Assembly: GCA_041500405.1 (NCBI GenBank)
Contig: JBGQMB010000031.1
Location: 1-10,291, forward strand
Length of the DNA: 10,291 nucleotides
Origin: Candidatus Micrarchaeia archaeon
Lineage (GTDB): Archaea > Micrarchaeota > Micrarchaeia > Anstonellales > J096
Direction of reading: 5' to 3'
Part shown: positions 6,653 through 10,291 of the stretch, one piece after another
Layout: each line of letters begins with the position of its first letter
Numbering within the stretch: the stretch's first letter is position 1
The notes under the pieces: model-generated
What the model was told of the DNA's origin: nothing
The model's input: only the letters and a program-made list of their open reading frames with translations
The model's database searches: none
Position numbers and translations under genes: made by a program

Positions 6653-6675
6653 TGCTTTCGCCTCATTGTCCGGTT

Positions 6676-7134
6676 ATGGGCTTTATTGTCAAGCGCAGCC
6701 ACATAAAGAAAAGGGTTGCGCTGCTTGCTGTGGGCATAATAGCGCTTTTCCTCATGTTCTTCGTCTTTGAGCCGTTCCTGGGCGAGCTGCTTATGCCGCT
6801 TGCAACGGCCGTCGTCGCAGTCTTTATTGCCATAGACATCGTGAACTTCATAAAATACAGGTCCTCGCGCGTTGAGAACACAGACCATGGCGTTGCGTTC
6901 TCAAAGGGCATAATAAACAAGACAACCGTCACTTATCCTTACAGCAAGATAACCGGCATAAGGCTGGACGTTTCCCTGGTTGACAGGCTTTTTGGCCTGA
7001 AGACCCTTATGGTTGACACTGCGGGCGAGGCCGGCATAGAGCTTGTCGTAAACGACCTTCCTGCCGGCGACTGCGAAAGATTCTGCAAGGAGCTGAACGA
7101 CAGGATATCGTCGGTCAAGAAGGACCAGGACTGA
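6676..7134 (+). CDS. Membrane protein with bacterial-type PH domain (bPH_2, YdbS-like), about 152 aa
   Basis: Two hydrophobic helices followed by KGIINK....PYSKI.......LVDRLFGL.TL.VDTAG. Start 6676 is preferred because ATG 6652 overlaps the TATA box. Confidence 0.85.
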   Translation: MGFIVKRSHIKKRVALLAVGIIALFLMFFVFEPFLGELLMPLATAVVAVFIAIDIVNFIKYRSSRVENTDHGVAFSKGIINKTTVTYPYSKITGIRLDVSLVDRLFGLKTLMVDTAGEAGIELVVNDLPAGDCERFCKELNDRISSVKKDQD

Positions 7135-7138
7135 TTGC

Positions 7139-7573
7139 GTGATAACAATTCCGTCTGACGAAAAGCTCGTTGAGCTGGGCTTTGGCATCGAAAAGGGCGG
7201 CAAGCTTTTTTTGCACAATTTCGAGGCAGCCTACGCGATTGAGAAGAAATTTATGAAGCCCCTCAAGAAAAAGCTCATCTCGGAAAAGGGCGATTCTGCA
7301 AAATACCTTGTTTTCAAGGACCTGCGCGACAACGGCTACATATCCAGGCTTTCCCTTTCAGGGGATTTTTTCCGCGTGTACAGGAAAGGCTTCCGCAGGG
7401 GAGAAGACAGGACAATGTACCTGCTCAAGGTAATAACGGACAAATCAATCAGGATAAACGATGTTTTCAAGGACGCAATGGCCGCGGCCAAGATAAGGAA
7501 GGAATTGGTTTATGCCATCGTGGAAGGAAAAAGGATAACCTATATCTCGCTCTCAAGCAAAAGATTCCCATAG
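7139..7573 (+). CDS. tRNA-splicing endonuclease (EndA)-like single-unit protein lacking the catalytic His; probable non-catalytic/structural subunit, 144 aa
   Basis: EndA signatures L...EAAY, KYLVFKDLRDNGY, FRVY, RKELVYAIV and ITYI. Tyr81 and Lys121 are present, but the His position is Arg91. GTG start with an in-frame stop at 7094-7096 upstream. Confidence 0.85.
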   Translation: MITIPSDEKLVELGFGIEKGGKLFLHNFEAAYAIEKKFMKPLKKKLISEKGDSAKYLVFKDLRDNGYISRLSLSGDFFRVYRKGFRRGEDRTMYLLKVITDKSIRINDVFKDAMAAAKIRKELVYAIVEGKRITYISLSSKRFP

Positions 7574-7620
7574 AAGCCAATAGCGCCACAGCGCCAAAAG
7601 TAGTTTTCTTTCCGCAGGAG

Positions 7621-7641
7621 CTTTCTTTTTCTAAAAGAAAG
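7621..7641. terminator. Probable bidirectional terminator between convergent genes
   Basis: Perfect inverted repeat CTTTCTTTT-TCT-AAAAGAAAG, giving a U-rich tract on both strands within the 75-nt convergent gap. A further + strand T-rich tract lies at about 7604-7611. Confidence 0.6.
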
Positions 7642-7648
7642 GGACTGC

Positions 7649-8056
7649 CTAATCCTCTTCCGAATCATTTATTTGGACGCTTGTCTTCCTCCTGAAATAT
7701 TCGGCGTAAAGCCTCTCTTCGGTCGCCCGGTTTATCCTTGCCTGGCCGTGGCCCAAAAGCCCTCCGCCGAAGCTCTGCGGTATGTGCAAAAGCTCGTGTA
7801 TTATCGTTTTCGCCTTTTCCTTGTTGTCCAGCGCGTCGTAACGCTCATGTATCACTTCAATCACGTAAAAAGGGCCGGAAAGCTCAAGCGCGGCCTGCCA
7901 TATCTTCGGGAAGCTCCAAATCCTCGCAATCGCCCTGCTCTTGCTCCCGAAGCTCCTCATCCCCATTATCCTTGAGGAGATTATGTTCTTCATGCCAAGC
8001 GTCCTTGCGACGTCATACGCAAGGTCCTCTATCTCGGGCGCCTTCTCGTACCTCAT
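7649..8056 (-). CDS. Putative zinc metallopeptidase (small archaeal/phage-type HExxH family), 135 aa
   Basis: IIHELLHIP motif with a downstream His (GGLLGH), and family-like motifs RS.GSKSRAIARIW..PKIWQ.AL and YVIEVI.E.YD.L. Confidence 0.85.
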   Translation of the reverse strand: MRYEKAPEIEDLAYDVARTLGMKNIISSRIMGMRSFGSKSRAIARIWSFPKIWQAALELSGPFYVIEVIHERYDALDNKEKAKTIIHELLHIPQSFGGGLLGHGQARINRATEERLYAEYFRRKTSVQINDSEED

Positions 8057-8057
8057 T

Positions 8058-8831
8058 TTAACTACCGTATTTCGAAAGGATTTCGTCCATTCTTTTTATG
8101 ATCTCAAGGTACCTCAACTGCAGGGTCTGGAACTCCTGCTCCTCAGTCCCCTCGGACCGCATTATCTGCCTTTTCGCGTTCTTCACCTGGATCTGCGTGC
8201 TGATTGCCTCCCATTCCTTTATGCTCGCAATCACCATCTCCTTTTCGCTTGACGGCACCCAGATTCCCCTGTCCTTGATGATTATCTTCACCTCGTGTTC
8301 GTCGAGCTGCCCGGGCTTTATCCTGTTGTCCTGGGAAATGCACGCTATGCCGACCCTATTCATCATTTTCTCCAGCTCCTTGTGCAGGTACGGGATTTCA
8401 ATCTCCTCGCCAACGCTTCCTGCCTCGACAGCGGCTTTCATTTTGTCCCTTTCCGCCTCAGGAAGCCTGTTCACTGTGTTGCTGAGAAGCGCGATTTCCA
8501 ACGTGTTGTTCAAATAAAACGCGAATAGGTTGTTTTTCTCCATTATCTTTTCCCATATCGGGCCGGCCTTGCTCTTCAGCCCGTTCAAAAGCGCGTTCTT
8601 GTCAGCCCCTGCGATCTCGGACATCTGGTTCAGCTTCTTCGCAAACGGCAGGACAAAAACGTATCCGCCGGATTGGAGGTTCGCGATTGCCTTGTCGTAT
8701 TCCTCCTTTGTTGCAACGCCGTCCACTTCCTTGCCGTTGTTCGCCTTCCTGAGCTCGTTGATGTACTCTATGTTCGAAAGGTTCTTCTTCAGCTTTATTA
8801 TCCTTTCAGCGGCTTTTGCGTTTATTTCCAT
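8058..8831 (-). CDS. Hypothetical protein, 257 aa, mostly helical with a C-terminal coiled-coil-like region
   Basis: Long ORF with normal composition that fills the gap between flanking co-oriented genes (26-nt overlap upstream, 1-nt gap downstream). No motif recognised. Confidence 0.8.
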   Translation of the reverse strand: MEINAKAAERIIKLKKNLSNIEYINELRKANNGKEVDGVATKEEYDKAIANLQSGGYVFVLPFAKKLNQMSEIAGADKNALLNGLKSKAGPIWEKIMEKNNLFAFYLNNTLEIALLSNTVNRLPEAERDKMKAAVEAGSVGEEIEIPYLHKELEKMMNRVGIACISQDNRIKPGQLDEHEVKIIIKDRGIWVPSSEKEMVIASIKEWEAISTQIQVKNAKRQIMRSEGTEEQEFQTLQLRYLEIIKRMDEILSKYGS

Positions 8832-10291
8832 GGGACTGGCTCCTCGGCTTTGCTATGACATATGCTAATGCCATGACCAATGCAACCGCTATTAGAACGG
8901 TTAATATTTTAAATCCACTCTCCCTTGTCTCCTGCGCGAGCTGCGCCTCCGTCTTTCCGCTTTCAGGGCTCAATTCCAGGGTGCCCTGCCCCGTCGCCAT
9001 CACGTAATGGCCCATATCGTCGATGTAGTTCGCGAGCGACGCCGAGCCTGCGGACGGCTGTCCCGTCCTGTTCAGGTAATACGCCTGCCCGGCAAACGCG
9101 TTCCCCCATTTTGACGTATAATCCGGTTTCAGCTCCGGCTTCATTTTCTCGCTTGACATGAAATACGAAAGTTCGTAGTATGACGCAAGGTACTCTCCCG
9201 CTATAAACAGCCTTCTTGCCCTTTCGACGTCATCGCCGTAATATGAGACATTGTACAGCGCGGGCTGGAGCGCGGATTTCAATACCTCGGTGTTGAGGCT
9301 GTTTCCGCTTTCGGAATCATTGTAAAGCGTTTCTGCAAGCGTGCACCAAAGAAGCGCCTGCTCCAGCGCGTATGCGTTCTCGAATTGCGTGGATGAGATA
9401 TTGCTTTCAGTGTCAAACGCAAGCTCGTTCGCCCTTTCAAAGCGCGATGACGCCCCGGCATAAAGCTCGTACGTTCCGTAAGTCGGTGTGAACGCATTGA
9501 ACCTATCAATGCACTCATCCGCCTCCGCCCTGTCAATCGGCCTTTTCTCCGCAATCCTGTTGAATGCCCTTATGTTCTCAAGGTTCAGGAAAAGGTAGTT
9601 CGCCGCCGTATAATGGTATCCCATTTCACTCAAGGCAACGCTTTTGTTGAACGACTCCGCATATTTTTCCTTAAGCCCGTCCGGCATCCTTGTCTCCGCC
9701 ATCTGGGCATCAAAATCGTCTATCATCCATGCGTAATATTTTGCCAGCCAGCTGGCATTGTACGGGCAGGTCTCGTTTATCTCTTTAGGGGTTTCAACAA
9801 GGTATCCGATGTCGAACTTCGGCGCATTTCCGGTGTCAATGAATGTCCTTGCGTCGCCCAGCGTGTTCACGAAAATGACATTGAAGCCGGAACCGTTCAA
9901 TTTTGAAAGCGCATAATAATCATATATTGTCGCGGGATTCACGAGAAAATATTTGTAGCTGCTGTCTTTTGCCGCCCTTGCCTTTTCATACTCCCCGCCG
10001 ACAGGGTAGATGTTTCCGTTTTCGTCTATTTCCCCGCTTGCTATCAGGTCGTTGGGGAACGCTTTTCCGGAAAGCACGGAATAATAGAACAGGTAGAACT
10101 GCAGGCCCCCTGAAGGGCCCTCTATCTTTACCTCGTCCTGCCCGAAGCTTATCGTGGAGCGGCACGTCTCGCCCGCCCTTTCGCTGGCAAGCGTGTAGGC
10201 GTTTATCATTGAGTTTATGGCGTTCTGGTCAAAGGAAGGCGGAAGCATAAGGCTTATGCCGTCGCCCTTTCCGGGCTCGCAGTTTATGTTG
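8806..10291 (-). CDS. Membrane-anchored S16/Lon-type serine protease (archaeal COG1750-like); 5' end lies outside the window
   Basis: EGPSGG ... SGEIDENGNIYPVGGEYEKARAA has the Ser-Lys dyad exactly 43 residues apart, as in Lon. C-terminal hydrophobic helix plus basic tail. The frame stays open upstream of 10248 (NINCEPGKGDGISL) to the window edge. Confidence 0.85.
   Translation of the reverse strand, partial: NINCEPGKGDGISLMLPPSFDQNAINSMINAYTLASERAGETCRSTISFGQDEVKIEGPSGGLQFYLFYYSVLSGKAFPNDLIASGEIDENGNIYPVGGEYEKARAAKDSSYKYFLVNPATIYDYYALSKLNGSGFNVIFVNTLGDARTFIDTGNAPKFDIGYLVETPKEINETCPYNASWLAKYYAWMIDDFDAQMAETRMPDGLKEKYAESFNKSVALSEMGYHYTAANYLFLNLENIRAFNRIAEKRPIDRAEADECIDRFNAFTPTYGTYELYAGASSRFERANELAFDTESNISSTQFENAYALEQALLWCTLAETLYNDSESGNSLNTEVLKSALQPALYNVSYYGDDVERARRLFIAGEYLASYYELSYFMSSEKMKPELKPDYTSKWGNAFAGQAYYLNRTGQPSAGSASLANYIDDMGHYVMATGQGTLELSPESGKTEAQLAQETRESGFKILTVLIAVALVMALAYVIAKPRSQSHGNKRKSR

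Noticed and set aside
6551..6675. tRNA or ncRNA in the intergenic gaps (also 2116-2190 and 7574-7648)
   Set aside because: No cloverleaf, T-loop, C/D box pair or BHB structure was recognised, and the gaps are accounted for by promoter and terminator elements.
6592..7218. Minus-strand ORFs 6592-6888, 6663-6932, 6901-7218 and 6939-7148
   Set aside because: They are antisense to the bPH_2 and endA-like genes and have no recognisable motifs.
7649..8056. Metallopeptidase as evidence of a provirus
   Set aside because: The family also occurs in cellular archaeal genomes, the GC is host-like, and no viral hallmark genes are nearby.
10246..10248. ORF-track start of the S16 protease at 10248
   Set aside because: The frame is open to the window edge and no signal peptide is visible, so the real start is probably further upstream.

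Overview
Archaeal genomic DNA with compact genes, TTTAAA-type TATA boxes and GGTGA-type Shine-Dalgarno (SD) sites. A DPANN lineage such as Micrarchaeota is my inference only. Most of the window is the conserved archaeal translation cluster on the minus strand: rps19e, PDCD5-like, rpl39e, rpl31e, aIF6, an inserted stand-alone tRNA-binding OB-fold gene, rpl18a/LX (missing from the ORF track), pfdA, ftsY and a PIN-domain gene. Directly downstream is a lower-GC restriction-modification cassette: a fused PD-(D/E)XK nuclease/m6A methyltransferase followed by a specificity subunit that runs off the left edge (also missing from the ORF track). Divergent from rps19e are a bPH_2/YdbS-type membrane protein and a tRNA-splicing-endonuclease-like gene lacking the catalytic His. 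Converging on these are a membrane-anchored Lon-type (S16) protease (5' end outside the window), a 257-aa unknown protein and an HExxH metallopeptidase. I found no RNA genes, CRISPR arrays or transposases. I cannot claim a clearly new system. The best leads are the atypical EndA paralogue, the RM cassette attached to the ribosomal operon, and the protease/unknown/peptidase cluster.
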